IMG/VR virus record: IMGVR_UViG_3300026484_000088
Direction: 5' to 3' (one strand)
DNA length: 64,000 nucleotides
DNA from: an uncultured virus (IMG/VR IMGVR_UViG_3300026484_000088)
Taxonomy: Duplodnaviria > Heunggongvirae > Uroviricota > Caudoviricetes
Position numbers and translations under genes: made by a program. The notes beneath the pieces were generated by a model. The model ran no database searches and was not told where the DNA came from. It was given only the letters and a program-made list of their open reading frames with translations. How positions within the stretch are numbered: position 1 is the first letter of the stretch; every line of letters starts with the position of its first letter. Shown here in pieces: positions 8,380 through 18,928 of the stretch.

Positions 8380-9281
8380 TGGCTACAGAAGTAACTAAAC
8401 AATATTGGGATTCACAATTTAATTTACTTTATAAAAAATATAAATACCCTTTCTTAAAATTTACTTCTAAAGAACTTGCTAAAAAACTAGGAATCAAACA
8501 TTCTTATTTTATGTTATTAGCAAATGAAAGAAAATTAAATATAGCAAATGATTATGAATTATTATTTAAAGATTATGATTCAGAAAAATACACGTTACAA
8601 TATATTATAGCAGTTACAGGAATAAAAAGATCTTTAGATAATTTAAGAAAACATCTCCATAAATATCACCCCAATATAAAAATTAAAGAATATTATAAAG
8701 ATTTATCTAAAGATTTAGAACAAGCAATAAATGAAATGTATGAAGAGTATGAGTTCCCTATACTTAAACAAGGTTATCGTTGGATTGCTAATTATTTAGG
8801 GTATAGTTATAATAATATACATAAAATATTAAAAAAATACAATAGAACCAAAGAAAAAGAGTATAGAAATTTATTTAAAAGATATAAACCATATTTATGG
8901 TCTGTTAAAGAATTAGCTGAAATTGCAGGAGTAGCACCATCTACAATAGCATTTCAATTAAAAAAATTATATAAAAAGAAAACAGATCTTAATCAAGAAT
9001 ATGTAGGTAAAAAACAAATATATTCAGCTAAAAGTATGGTTAAAGCTAATTCAAGATTTGGTTTAGTAAATGATTTAAAGACTATAAATTCTAATGATTT
9101 TTATATTTGGGTAAAGAATAAATTTGCAAGAGATGGTAAATTTACTATTGCAGAAGCAAGAATGCAAGGAGTAAAAAAAGTAGGGGTATATATGCAAATT
9201 ATAAAGAAAAAATATAAATTAAAATACTATTATGATCATAGTACAGCGACATATTATCAAGGAGAAAAATTAAATGTATAA
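8379..9281 (+). CDS. Multi-HTH DNA-binding protein
   Basis: Several HTH-like segments: SKELAKKLGIK, YRWIANYLGYS, SVKELAEIAGVAPSTI; very basic. Confidence 0.6.
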   Translation: MATEVTKQYWDSQFNLLYKKYKYPFLKFTSKELAKKLGIKHSYFMLLANERKLNIANDYELLFKDYDSEKYTLQYIIAVTGIKRSLDNLRKHLHKYHPNIKIKEYYKDLSKDLEQAINEMYEEYEFPILKQGYRWIANYLGYSYNNIHKILKKYNRTKEKEYRNLFKRYKPYLWSVKELAEIAGVAPSTIAFQLKKLYKKKTDLNQEYVGKKQIYSAKSMVKANSRFGLVNDLKTINSNDFYIWVKNKFARDGKFTIAEARMQGVKKVGVYMQIIKKKYKLKYYYDHSTATYYQGEKLNV

Positions 9282-9531
9282 ACAAGGTATTATTGAATAT
9301 GTTGAAAAAGAATTAAGTAAGAAACATTATATAACTAATGTCAATATACACAAAGGTGCATTAGGACAAGCTGTAGAAATTGAAGTTAATTTTAAAAACA
9401 ATAAATTAAAAGGTTATTTTACTGGTTCTAAAATGTTAATTAGAACCAAGAATAATTTTACTTGTATAATTACACAAGGGATACCTAATACAATTAGAAA
9501 TTTATATACTAAAACTAAGGAAGCATTATGA
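9274..9531 (+). CDS. Hypothetical protein
   Basis: 85-aa ORF with RBS. Confidence 0.55.
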   Translation: MYKQGIIEYVEKELSKKHYITNVNIHKGALGQAVEIEVNFKNNKLKGYFTGSKMLIRTKNNFTCIITQGIPNTIRNLYTKTKEAL

Positions 9532-9797
9532 AACAAGATAGTATAAAAGAAACTTTAAAAGAAAGAGGTTCTCGTTATGGAGAATTTAAAGACTTTGCTA
9601 AAATTAGTCAAGAATTAAAATCTAAAATACCTATTTATTTAACTACAGATGATGAAGTAATTAATGAAGGTTTAGAAATGATTATGCATAAAATTGCAAG
9701 AATACTTAATGGTGATCCGTTTTATGATGATTCGTGGAGAGATATCGCAGGATATTCTTTATTAGTTGTTGATTATATAGAAAGGTTAAACAAATGA
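9528..9797 (+). CDS. DUF6378-like phage protein
   Basis: ERGSRYGEF, KIARILNGD, DSWRDIAGY. Confidence 0.75.
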   Translation: MKQDSIKETLKERGSRYGEFKDFAKISQELKSKIPIYLTTDDEVINEGLEMIMHKIARILNGDPFYDDSWRDIAGYSLLVVDYIERLNK

Positions 9798-9976
9798 AAA
9801 TAAACAGTAAATGGTTACATGTATCTAAATTAGGTATTTATCAAGTAGTAGATAATGTATTAATAGAAGCTAAAGGTAAAATAGAACCAGGAGTAATATA
9901 CATAAATATAGATGAACCAGAAAAGAAATATTGTAGATCTAGTAGATCTTTTAAAATGAATTTTAAAAGTATGTAA
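9794..9976 (+). CDS. DUF1653-like small protein
   Basis: WLH..KLGIYQV, VIY, YCRS..SF. Confidence 0.45.
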   Translation: MKINSKWLHVSKLGIYQVVDNVLIEAKGKIEPGVIYINIDEPEKKYCRSSRSFKMNFKSM

Positions 9977-10174
9977 ATGTTAAAAATACTTAAATCAATA
10001 TTTTTTACTATCCTAATAATAGGATTATTAGTAGCTGGGATATTTTCTGGTTATATATTATTACTTTTATTTGTAGGTGGACTAGTATTTTTATTTACAT
10101 ATGCTTTTATAGCAGATACTACTTCTTCATGGTTCAAGAAAGAAGATCCATTTGATTACTATATGAGAGATTAA
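9977..10174 (+). CDS. Small membrane protein
   Basis: Long hydrophobic N-terminal stretch; convergent with vRNAP as in N4-like phages. Confidence 0.6.
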   Translation: MLKILKSIFFTILIIGLLVAGIFSGYILLLLFVGGLVFLFTYAFIADTTSSWFKKEDPFDYYMRD

Positions 10175-13100
10175 TATCTCTCTATAGCTGGTTCAATTAA
10201 TTGTTTTAACGCTTCTTCAGGATTTAAAGCTCTTGCACTTAAAGCTGTAGATATATCTGTAGTATATGTTTCATATATTTCTGGTATATCTATAATTTCA
10301 TTTATACCTCCTAATTTAATAGCACCTTTAAGATTTCTTCTAATAATATTACCTATTACTTTAGGTGTTTGTAAATAAAATTTACTAAACATAAATAATC
10401 CTACATTAGATAAATATTTAAGATATTTATTCTCATTAATATTATAATTAATAAATGTAGCATCTGCTTCTAATAAAGCTTGTTTTTCAGTATATCCATT
10501 ATTTTTTAAATGTTCGTATAGAGTTGCTTTAGCTACTGCATCACTATACTGCATTACTTTTAACATTTTAGTAAATAAGCTATCATTCTGATTAACCCAA
10601 AGAGTATCTATAATAGATTTTACTTTTTTAGGTAAATATTTATTTAAAGCTTTATTAGTTTTATCTCTAACTATATTAGTGTCTAAATCATCTATATCAA
10701 TAGCATCTTCAATAATTGACCCTATTAATCCATTCTGAACCAGAGGATATAAAGGATTTTTACTAACAGAGTCTTTTAATATTTTTAATCTTGATCTTTC
10801 TTTAGAATTTAAAGGTTGTAATTTTCTTAATACTTCTAATCTTCTTATTTCATCTTGTTCTTTATGTAATTTATCATAGTATAACCAATGTTTTCTAAAT
10901 GATTGAATAATTTGTTTCGTACTCATAAATTCAGTTAATACAAAGAAGTTAGAAGCAAAGTTACTATATAATACAGGTAGATTAGTTACTGCAATAGCAG
11001 GTTTAACTAATTTTATTACATCTCTCCATAATTTTTCAGCTATTTTTAATTTAGCTTTTACTGGTTCAGGTAATTTATTTACTAATAAAGCATTTACTAT
11101 AGTAGGATCTTTATATCCAAATACATCATTTATAAGTCTTTTATGTACATATATAGGTTGATCACCATATATTTCTATTAAATCTTTTTTAGTGTATTTA
11201 GGTATAATCTTCCATAAATCTTCATTTTCTTTAATATTGATATATTGATTTTTATATTTATCTTTAGCATACATTACTTTTAATGTTTTAAAGAGTTTTT
11301 TATTTAATTCTCTACCATTTACTTTTAAAGAATTATGTGCATGTGTATTAGCTAATACTTCATCTATATCAGTTACCCCACCTTTATAAGATTGTTCTCC
11401 TAATTGAGTACCTAATAATCTATAATCTACTATATTTCCATTTGGGTCTAATACAGGTATATATTTTAATTCATCAATATTATTTGCTGGATTAAAGTCT
11501 TCTGATATTTCAGGATTTGATATTCTTTCTGTGTGTATTTTTTGGTTAATTACTATTTCAGATACTGCACCTAATTCTTTTTGGTGTTTAAGAGTATCAC
11601 CTGCTATATTAAATTGTGTTACTTCCATCATACTTTTAGTATAATCAGTAGATGTATTAATTCTTTTCATCATCACTACTTTATCACCTGTTAAAGGATC
11701 TTTATAGTTAGTTTCTACTGGTTCCATATAAGATAGTTTTTTAAAATAATCAACTTTACTTTTAGGTATATAAATATATTCATATTGATGATTCTTTTTA
11801 GGATTTATATGTCCTTTTATTTTATGTAGTTCTTCATCTTTTGTAAATAATTTATCTTGATCTTTTTTAATAGTATTTCTAATAAAGTTTACTAATTCAG
11901 TAAAATCTTTAGATCTACTTATCATATATTCGGCAGTTACTGAATAACTATGTGGATCCAGATAGTTAATACTATATAATGTAATTAATTCATCTATTTC
12001 TTTAGTATAGTCTTTAGATAATTTACTTAAAGTACCAGTTTTATCAAATAATAAATTATTTATATTATTAGCATTTAACATCATATTATTTATAGTAGTT
12101 TTTCCTGTAGATAAGAAATAACCTAAAGCTTTAACTTGATTAATAACAGCTTGTCCTGTAATACCTTCAGCTTTTAATTGTTCTTCTATTTTAGATATTC
12201 TTTCATTTCTATCTTCTCTATTTAAGAAATATCTTTTCATAGTTTTAATATGTCCTATAGATAATAGATCAGTCTTTAATATGCCATTAGTTAATCCTAT
12301 TTTTTGTGATTTATTAAGACCTTTTAATAGAGTTTTATTCAATAAATCAATAGTAGTTTTTTCTACATCATTTCTCACTTTTTCTTGTTCATATTTAGCT
12401 TTAGAGTAGAGTAAATAAAAATCTTTCCAAGAAGCATTACCTATAGCTACTTCTTTCCAAACATCACCTATTATATTTAAGAGGTCTATATTTAATTTAC
12501 CAGATATTTTATTTATTTTTCTAGCTATTTTCTGGATACCTTCTTTTTCTAACATTTTATTACTTGCTTCTTTTACAACTTTATTTAGATCAGTCATAGA
12601 TTTTTTCCATTGTTCATTTAATATATTTAAACCAGAATATTTATATATTTTAGAAGTTAATTTAGTTTCTATGTCTTGTGGGCTTTTACCTCTGTATAAT
12701 TGATTAGTCATATGTACTGCTGTAATTAAAGTATCTTGTAATTCTTTAGATACATTAGGATTAGATTTAAAAATACTACTATGTATTTTATTAATAATAT
12801 CAATAACTTTATTAAATAAATAATGTAATATGTTTTGTTCTTTAATATTATTTAATAATTTAATATTAGATTTGAATTTATTAGAATTAATATAATCTCT
12901 TAAATGTTTATTAGTTAAAGCAATAGTAAAGAATTCTTCTGGATTACCTTGAATATACTCAAATAAAGCTCTTGATTGTTCTCTTTCTAAAGGTGATGGA
13001 TCTTCTGAATTAGTGAAGAATGTTTCTGGATCTATACTAGGATCTTTTAATAGTTTATCCATTACTGCTTGTTGTAATTGATATATTTTAGTTGCTAATT

Positions 13101-16100
13101 TACTATCTTTTTTAAATGCTAAGTGAGTCATTAAGTGCGTAAGTTCATGTAAGAATATTTCTTTCTCTGATTGAATAGAAGTATACTTACCTGAAGATAT
13201 TTTAATTTTAGATTTACTTAAAGCAGTCATTGATATATGTGCTGAACCAGAGTTAAATCTACTATTGATATATTGAGATATATTTAATTTATCTGCTATA
13301 TCAAAGAAAGAAACAATTAACCCTGAGAAAAGAGATGTATCAGATTCATCCATAAGACCTTCTAAATTTGTTTCTAAAAAGTTTTTAGCTTCTTCAGGTG
13401 ATGTAAGTACTAAATCACTATTCTTTGGACCAGAAGAAGTAAATGGAGAAGAATTAAGGGTATCATCACTAAATAATGAGTTTTGTTTATATATTTGTTG
13501 TTTAGATGGTGAAGATTCAACAATTTCAGTATCTGTTATATTTTCTATTTGGTTTTGTAAATTATTATACTCTTCTGTTAAAATATCGTCTACTTTTTTA
13601 TATAAATTAGGATTATTTAATATATTTAGTTTACTTAATTTTATAGCAAGATTATGTATTTTATCTAAATCATTCATAAGTAAATATTGTTTTATTAATT
13701 GTAAACTTTTATATAAAGTTTGGTAATTAGATATCCCCTCTTTATTTACAGTCATTTTAACAATCATAGCAGCATCATCTTTATTTACACCTAATTTAAC
13801 CAAATTTTCTACTAACTTTTTTCTTTCAGTTAAACTACTACCTGTAATATCTTTTAGTATTTCATCAATATTTTGTATATTTGTTATATTAGTATTTGTT
13901 TCGTCTGTTGGTTTAGTTATACTATTTATTTCATTATTATCAGTTGAATTATCTATAATAATATCTTTATTAGTGTTATTTTCTTTACCACCATTAGGAT
14001 TAGTAGGTTGTTTATTAGCTATATGTTTAACTATATTAAACATAGATTGTTTTAATTCTTCAGCATTATTGTATGGTTTCTTTTTAGCACCTTTATAATC
14101 TTCTAATTGACTTGATCCTATAAATGCATTATATCTACTTGTTTTAACATCTTTTAATTCAACAGGTGTAAATATATGTGTTTCTGGATCCAGTTGATAT
14201 AATTTATTATCATTAGAATTTAAAATGTATATAGTTTTTTTCATATTATGTGTATTGTGTAACCACATTGCTAATTTAACTGCTGATCTAGTACCACTAT
14301 CACCAAGTGTATTACTTATTGGATCAATAGGCATAACAGCAAATATAGTATCTGCATTATATATTTGTAAATAATTTCTATTATTTAAGTCATGTGTATT
14401 ATTATTTAATTCTTTGTTTATACTTTTACCTATATTATTTTCATTTTCAGAAGCTTTTGTTATAGTTATAGTTTTATCAGTTTTTTGTGCTTCTTTTAAC
14501 CAACTTACCGCATCATATGATATAGGTAATATGTGGACATTATTTACTTTATTCCCAAAAAACTTAGTTAAATATGATGACCATATATGATCAGCACCCC
14601 AAGCTCCACCTGTATAATTATTTATAATTACATTTTTTGGATCTAACTGAGAGTTAGTAGTTCTATCATTCTTATCAGGTTTTATATTTGATTTATCATT
14701 TATATCAACAACATCTAAACTATCTAATAATTGATCTACTAATATATCTTTATGTCTCATACTATTTAATTCTGCAATAAGTCTTTTCTCACTAATAGTT
14801 TCATTTTCTATCAAATCATCTATTTTATCTTTTAAATTATTTATTAACATTTGTTTTAACATATCTATAAATACTTTATTTTCTTGATATGTAAGTTCTT
14901 TTATATTATTTAAAGAATTAGTTTGGTTTTTAGTTAAATATTCAGTATTTGCATCTAATGAATTATCATAGATACCAGGTGTAGTTTCATCATATGACTG
15001 ACTTATATAATATTGTCCTGATAATACTTTCTTATCAAATATATCTTTATATACTTCTTGAAATTGTTCTTTTAAATTATTATCTTCAAACATTTTATAT
15101 ACTTGAGTCATTTGATTTATAAATTCTGTAAGTTTATTCATAGAATTAATTTTATTTATTTCTTCAAATAATACGACTTTTAATTCATTAAACATTTTAG
15201 TTAATGCTTTCTCTCTTTCTGAACCAGTGAAAGTTTCATTTATAGTTTCTATTTGTTTACTTAACTTATCTACTAAATTTAATACTGTATTTCTTTTAGT
15301 GGCTGTATCAACAGTAGCTTTATTAATTTTAAACATATTATTAGATATAGTATTAGCATCAGAAGGGAGTACTAAAGCATCGAATATTTGTAGTACTAAA
15401 TTAACATCTTCTTCAGTTATAAGAGTATCTTGTATATTTCTACTATCAAACTCGTGGATAGTAGTTACCCCAACTGCTCTTTCATTATGTTCAGGTAGTT
15501 TAAAGTCTTCATTAGCCCCTACACTTAAATTTTTAAGCTTAGTGTTTTTAGATATATAAATATGAGCATTAGTTCTTTCTCCAGTATTTAAATCAGTTTT
15601 TTCATTTAATTCTAAAGGTAAATAATTATTTTCATTAATTAATGATACAGTATCAAACCCTAAACCAGAATTAATTAAATCTTGTTTTATATAGTTTAAT
15701 TCTTCTTTAGTAAGTGTTTTTAATAATGCAATTAATTCTTTTTTAGATTCTTCTATATTCTCATTAGTTTGAAAAATAGCATCTTCAGGAATTATTAATT
15801 TTCCATCTTTTTCGGTAGGAGCATAAATATTATTTAATTTTTCTGTTAAAGCTTCCATATTATATTTATTTTTAAGAAATGTAAATACTCTATGTTTTAA
15901 TGCAAATAAACTTACACCATATGATATTTTATGAAGACCTTTTAAATTATTTCTATAATCTTCAATAAAATTATAAGGTTTAAAAGCTTCTTTTAATACA
16001 GGTCTATATAATGTTTTAAATTCACTTTCTAACATTCTTTCAGTAAAAGATCCAAATTTAAAATGACTAATAGGTAATGAACCAGAAATATAAGCAGTTA

Positions 16101-18927
16101 ATAAATCTTTACTATTAAGATCTTTATTTAATCCTTTTTTTAATAATTTTAGTTTAGTTACATAATTTTTATAGTTTGGTTCATTAGTTTCATTAGCTAA
16201 TTCAGTATAAGTATTTATTAAGTTATCTAATTCTTCTTGTACTTTATTTAAATCTTCTAAAGTATTTATATAAACTTTAGTTAAACTTTCACTGAATGGA
16301 TCAAATAGATTAAATTCTAAATTAAAGTTTTTATTATTTTCATATAAGTTAGTTAATATTGTTTTCATATCTGTTTGAGTTTGTTCATCTAAATCATTAA
16401 AATATACTAATACTTTATTTCCTGAATCAGCTTTACGAGCATTTAAAATAGCTTTATAGTATTTATCTTTAAATCCAGTATTATAAAATTTACTTAAAAT
16501 AGACTCTAATTTAGCTCCATAAATTTGGACCATTTGTAATGGTTTAGCATCACTTCTTGTTAATGCTTCACCTACTATATTTAATATAGCTTGTTTATGT
16601 TCTATAAGTTCTCCATTTTTATCGAATAAAATTCTTCCTTTTAGACCTTCTAAAGAACTATTTATATTTTTAGATAAAGTATTATAAAAGTCTAACATAC
16701 CATTTGATAACATATCTGCATGTGTTAATATACCTTGTTTAAATTTTTCCTTTAATTCTTCAGGTAAATTACTATTTTTAATATATTCTTCAGTATATAT
16801 ACCCCCTTTAGATAATAATTCTTGAATATGTTTTAATATATTATTTTTTTCTGTTTTATTATTACTATTATAATAAGCATGCCCTAATGATTGTAATAAT
16901 GTAAGTATCATACCATTTGTAATACCATCAGCTTCTTGAGGTAAGTCTGTTGTAAAATCAGATGTTTGTTTAGTTTCTATATGTCTTTGTAATTTATTTA
17001 ATTCTTTTAGAGCATGTAATGTATATATCTTTTCTTCTGAACCAGTAAAATTAGAAAGCTCTTTCATTGCTGGTTTATTATTAATCAATAGATTTCCATT
17101 TCCGTCAAATGAGTTATATAAAAGACTTTTAACTTTCATAAGTTTAGAATCTTCTACATTTTCTCCTGATAATATAGCTTTTAAATCTTCTATTGCTTGG
17201 TTCATTTCATTAATAGTAAGTTTATCAACATCATACCCAAAAGCTTGTAATGCACTAATATAGAAAGGATTTAACATTTCTGAATTATATTCATCAGTTA
17301 ATTTAATATTTGTTATTGCTTTTTCTTTTCTGAGTAAGTGTCTATGTATTTTATCATTCTGATCATTAATAGGTCCTTCTTGCATAATCCTACCATTACC
17401 TACTTCTCTATGATGCATATAAATACCTTTTTGTATCATATCATCATATATTTCTAAATTATCTATTGATAATTCTATTTCTCTATTTTTAGATAATTCA
17501 AATAATTTATTAAATTCTAAATATTCATTTAAATCAATATACCCTGCCATTTGCATAGCTAATTCTTTATCTATTTTAACTAATCTCATAAAATCATCAT
17601 ATAAACTATTCTTTACATGTTTAGTATTATTTTCCATTTCTATATATCTTTCTGTTTGAGAAGATATTTCATAATTTTCATGTTTTTTAATTGTAAAATC
17701 TACTTGTTTTATAGGTTTACTACTTGGCTCTTTTACTTTTGTGTTTAAGTTTAATAGTCTTTGTAAAGTTGAAGCATATGCTTTAAATGTTTTAGTTATA
17801 TCTGAATTAGTAGTAGTTTTACCTGTTTTACTATTTACTAATTTATAAACATTATAAGATAATTTATTACTATCAGTATGTGTTATCTGACTTCTTTGTA
17901 ATTTAACTTTATCACCTATATTAATTTCAGATAGTAACTTTAAAGACATATTACCTATAATACCTTTTATCTGATTTACTTCACCTATTGTATAATCTAC
18001 AGAGTTTTCTTTAAGACCTAAAAAATTAAATATATGATCACCTAAAAAAGTTTCTAGTTCTTTAGTAGGGAAACCTTTCTCTTGGAATTCATTTACATAT
18101 TTATAAAAAGTACTTACTTCCATATTTGTCATTGCATCTTCTGCATCGTTATACCCTAATACTTTAGCTACATAATCAGCAGTAATACTACTTGGATCAA
18201 TTACTTGAGCCATGAATGAGGGAAGTATATGTTTAAGTGCTTTTATATATACAGGACTTAAAGTATAATTATTATTTTCATCTTTAATAAAAAAAGGCAA
18301 TAATAATTTATCTACTATATTAGTTTCATCTGGATCAAATACAATATTATTTAATTCTTTTTCTATTTGATTATAATTAATAATATTTGTATTATCATTA
18401 GTTTGATCCAGATAATTAAATACTTTATTAAAAGCTTCTTGTATTTCATTTACTTTAGCACTATTTTTTGGATACGTATTAATTATCTCTTCTTGAAATA
18501 AGTTTAATATCTCTTTATCTGATTTACCATCAATAATAGCTTCATGAATTTTAATTAATAAATCATTACTTAATTTATCTGAAAGAACAGGACTAACTTT
18601 AGATTTATCAGTAGTATTATTATAATAAGTTTGAACCAAGAGATTACCTAATATATTTTGGTTTTCTGAAGATAAATCAAACCCTTCAGACTCATATAAT
18701 TTTTTAATTTTATTTAATCTTTTAGCTATTAATTTTTTAGCTTTATTTAATTTAGTAATTTTATTTTCTGTATTTAATAGTTCTTGATATTTATTTAATA
18801 CTTTAACAAAGTCTTTCTGTTTAGTTTTTTTAAGAAGTAATTTAGCTTCTTTTAATTTATTATATTCTTCTAAGTATTTATTAGTTTTATTTAATAATTT
18901 ATTTATAGTACTACATGATAAACCCAT
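10171..18927 (-). CDS. Virion-encapsidated RNA polymerase (N4 vRNAP-like), 2918 aa
   Basis: GNGRIMQ, QNDKIHR, motif A EADGITNG, motif B RSDAKPLQMVQIYG, motif C IFDA; zincin-like HELTH; SLOG-like insert. Confidence 0.9.
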   Translation of the reverse strand: MGLSCSTINKLLNKTNKYLEEYNKLKEAKLLLKKTKQKDFVKVLNKYQELLNTENKITKLNKAKKLIAKRLNKIKKLYESEGFDLSSENQNILGNLLVQTYYNNTTDKSKVSPVLSDKLSNDLLIKIHEAIIDGKSDKEILNLFQEEIINTYPKNSAKVNEIQEAFNKVFNYLDQTNDNTNIINYNQIEKELNNIVFDPDETNIVDKLLLPFFIKDENNNYTLSPVYIKALKHILPSFMAQVIDPSSITADYVAKVLGYNDAEDAMTNMEVSTFYKYVNEFQEKGFPTKELETFLGDHIFNFLGLKENSVDYTIGEVNQIKGIIGNMSLKLLSEINIGDKVKLQRSQITHTDSNKLSYNVYKLVNSKTGKTTTNSDITKTFKAYASTLQRLLNLNTKVKEPSSKPIKQVDFTIKKHENYEISSQTERYIEMENNTKHVKNSLYDDFMRLVKIDKELAMQMAGYIDLNEYLEFNKLFELSKNREIELSIDNLEIYDDMIQKGIYMHHREVGNGRIMQEGPINDQNDKIHRHLLRKEKAITNIKLTDEYNSEMLNPFYISALQAFGYDVDKLTINEMNQAIEDLKAILSGENVEDSKLMKVKSLLYNSFDGNGNLLINNKPAMKELSNFTGSEEKIYTLHALKELNKLQRHIETKQTSDFTTDLPQEADGITNGMILTLLQSLGHAYYNSNNKTEKNNILKHIQELLSKGGIYTEEYIKNSNLPEELKEKFKQGILTHADMLSNGMLDFYNTLSKNINSSLEGLKGRILFDKNGELIEHKQAILNIVGEALTRSDAKPLQMVQIYGAKLESILSKFYNTGFKDKYYKAILNARKADSGNKVLVYFNDLDEQTQTDMKTILTNLYENNKNFNLEFNLFDPFSESLTKVYINTLEDLNKVQEELDNLINTYTELANETNEPNYKNYVTKLKLLKKGLNKDLNSKDLLTAYISGSLPISHFKFGSFTERMLESEFKTLYRPVLKEAFKPYNFIEDYRNNLKGLHKISYGVSLFALKHRVFTFLKNKYNMEALTEKLNNIYAPTEKDGKLIIPEDAIFQTNENIEESKKELIALLKTLTKEELNYIKQDLINSGLGFDTVSLINENNYLPLELNEKTDLNTGERTNAHIYISKNTKLKNLSVGANEDFKLPEHNERAVGVTTIHEFDSRNIQDTLITEEDVNLVLQIFDALVLPSDANTISNNMFKINKATVDTATKRNTVLNLVDKLSKQIETINETFTGSEREKALTKMFNELKVVLFEEINKINSMNKLTEFINQMTQVYKMFEDNNLKEQFQEVYKDIFDKKVLSGQYYISQSYDETTPGIYDNSLDANTEYLTKNQTNSLNNIKELTYQENKVFIDMLKQMLINNLKDKIDDLIENETISEKRLIAELNSMRHKDILVDQLLDSLDVVDINDKSNIKPDKNDRTTNSQLDPKNVIINNYTGGAWGADHIWSSYLTKFFGNKVNNVHILPISYDAVSWLKEAQKTDKTITITKASENENNIGKSINKELNNNTHDLNNRNYLQIYNADTIFAVMPIDPISNTLGDSGTRSAVKLAMWLHNTHNMKKTIYILNSNDNKLYQLDPETHIFTPVELKDVKTSRYNAFIGSSQLEDYKGAKKKPYNNAEELKQSMFNIVKHIANKQPTNPNGGKENNTNKDIIIDNSTDNNEINSITKPTDETNTNITNIQNIDEILKDITGSSLTERKKLVENLVKLGVNKDDAAMIVKMTVNKEGISNYQTLYKSLQLIKQYLLMNDLDKIHNLAIKLSKLNILNNPNLYKKVDDILTEEYNNLQNQIENITDTEIVESSPSKQQIYKQNSLFSDDTLNSSPFTSSGPKNSDLVLTSPEEAKNFLETNLEGLMDESDTSLFSGLIVSFFDIADKLNISQYINSRFNSGSAHISMTALSKSKIKISSGKYTSIQSEKEIFLHELTHLMTHLAFKKDSKLATKIYQLQQAVMDKLLKDPSIDPETFFTNSEDPSPLEREQSRALFEYIQGNPEEFFTIALTNKHLRDYINSNKFKSNIKLLNNIKEQNILHYLFNKVIDIINKIHSSIFKSNPNVSKELQDTLITAVHMTNQLYRGKSPQDIETKLTSKIYKYSGLNILNEQWKKSMTDLNKVVKEASNKMLEKEGIQKIARKINKISGKLNIDLLNIIGDVWKEVAIGNASWKDFYLLYSKAKYEQEKVRNDVEKTTIDLLNKTLLKGLNKSQKIGLTNGILKTDLLSIGHIKTMKRYFLNREDRNERISKIEEQLKAEGITGQAVINQVKALGYFLSTGKTTINNMMLNANNINNLLFDKTGTLSKLSKDYTKEIDELITLYSINYLDPHSYSVTAEYMISRSKDFTELVNFIRNTIKKDQDKLFTKDEELHKIKGHINPKKNHQYEYIYIPKSKVDYFKKLSYMEPVETNYKDPLTGDKVVMMKRINTSTDYTKSMMEVTQFNIAGDTLKHQKELGAVSEIVINQKIHTERISNPEISEDFNPANNIDELKYIPVLDPNGNIVDYRLLGTQLGEQSYKGGVTDIDEVLANTHAHNSLKVNGRELNKKLFKTLKVMYAKDKYKNQYINIKENEDLWKIIPKYTKKDLIEIYGDQPIYVHKRLINDVFGYKDPTIVNALLVNKLPEPVKAKLKIAEKLWRDVIKLVKPAIAVTNLPVLYSNFASNFFVLTEFMSTKQIIQSFRKHWLYYDKLHKEQDEIRRLEVLRKLQPLNSKERSRLKILKDSVSKNPLYPLVQNGLIGSIIEDAIDIDDLDTNIVRDKTNKALNKYLPKKVKSIIDTLWVNQNDSLFTKMLKVMQYSDAVAKATLYEHLKNNGYTEKQALLEADATFINYNINENKYLKYLSNVGLFMFSKFYLQTPKVIGNIIRRNLKGAIKLGGINEIIDIPEIYETYTTDISTALSARALNPEEALKQLIEPAIERY

Positions 18928-18928
18928 A

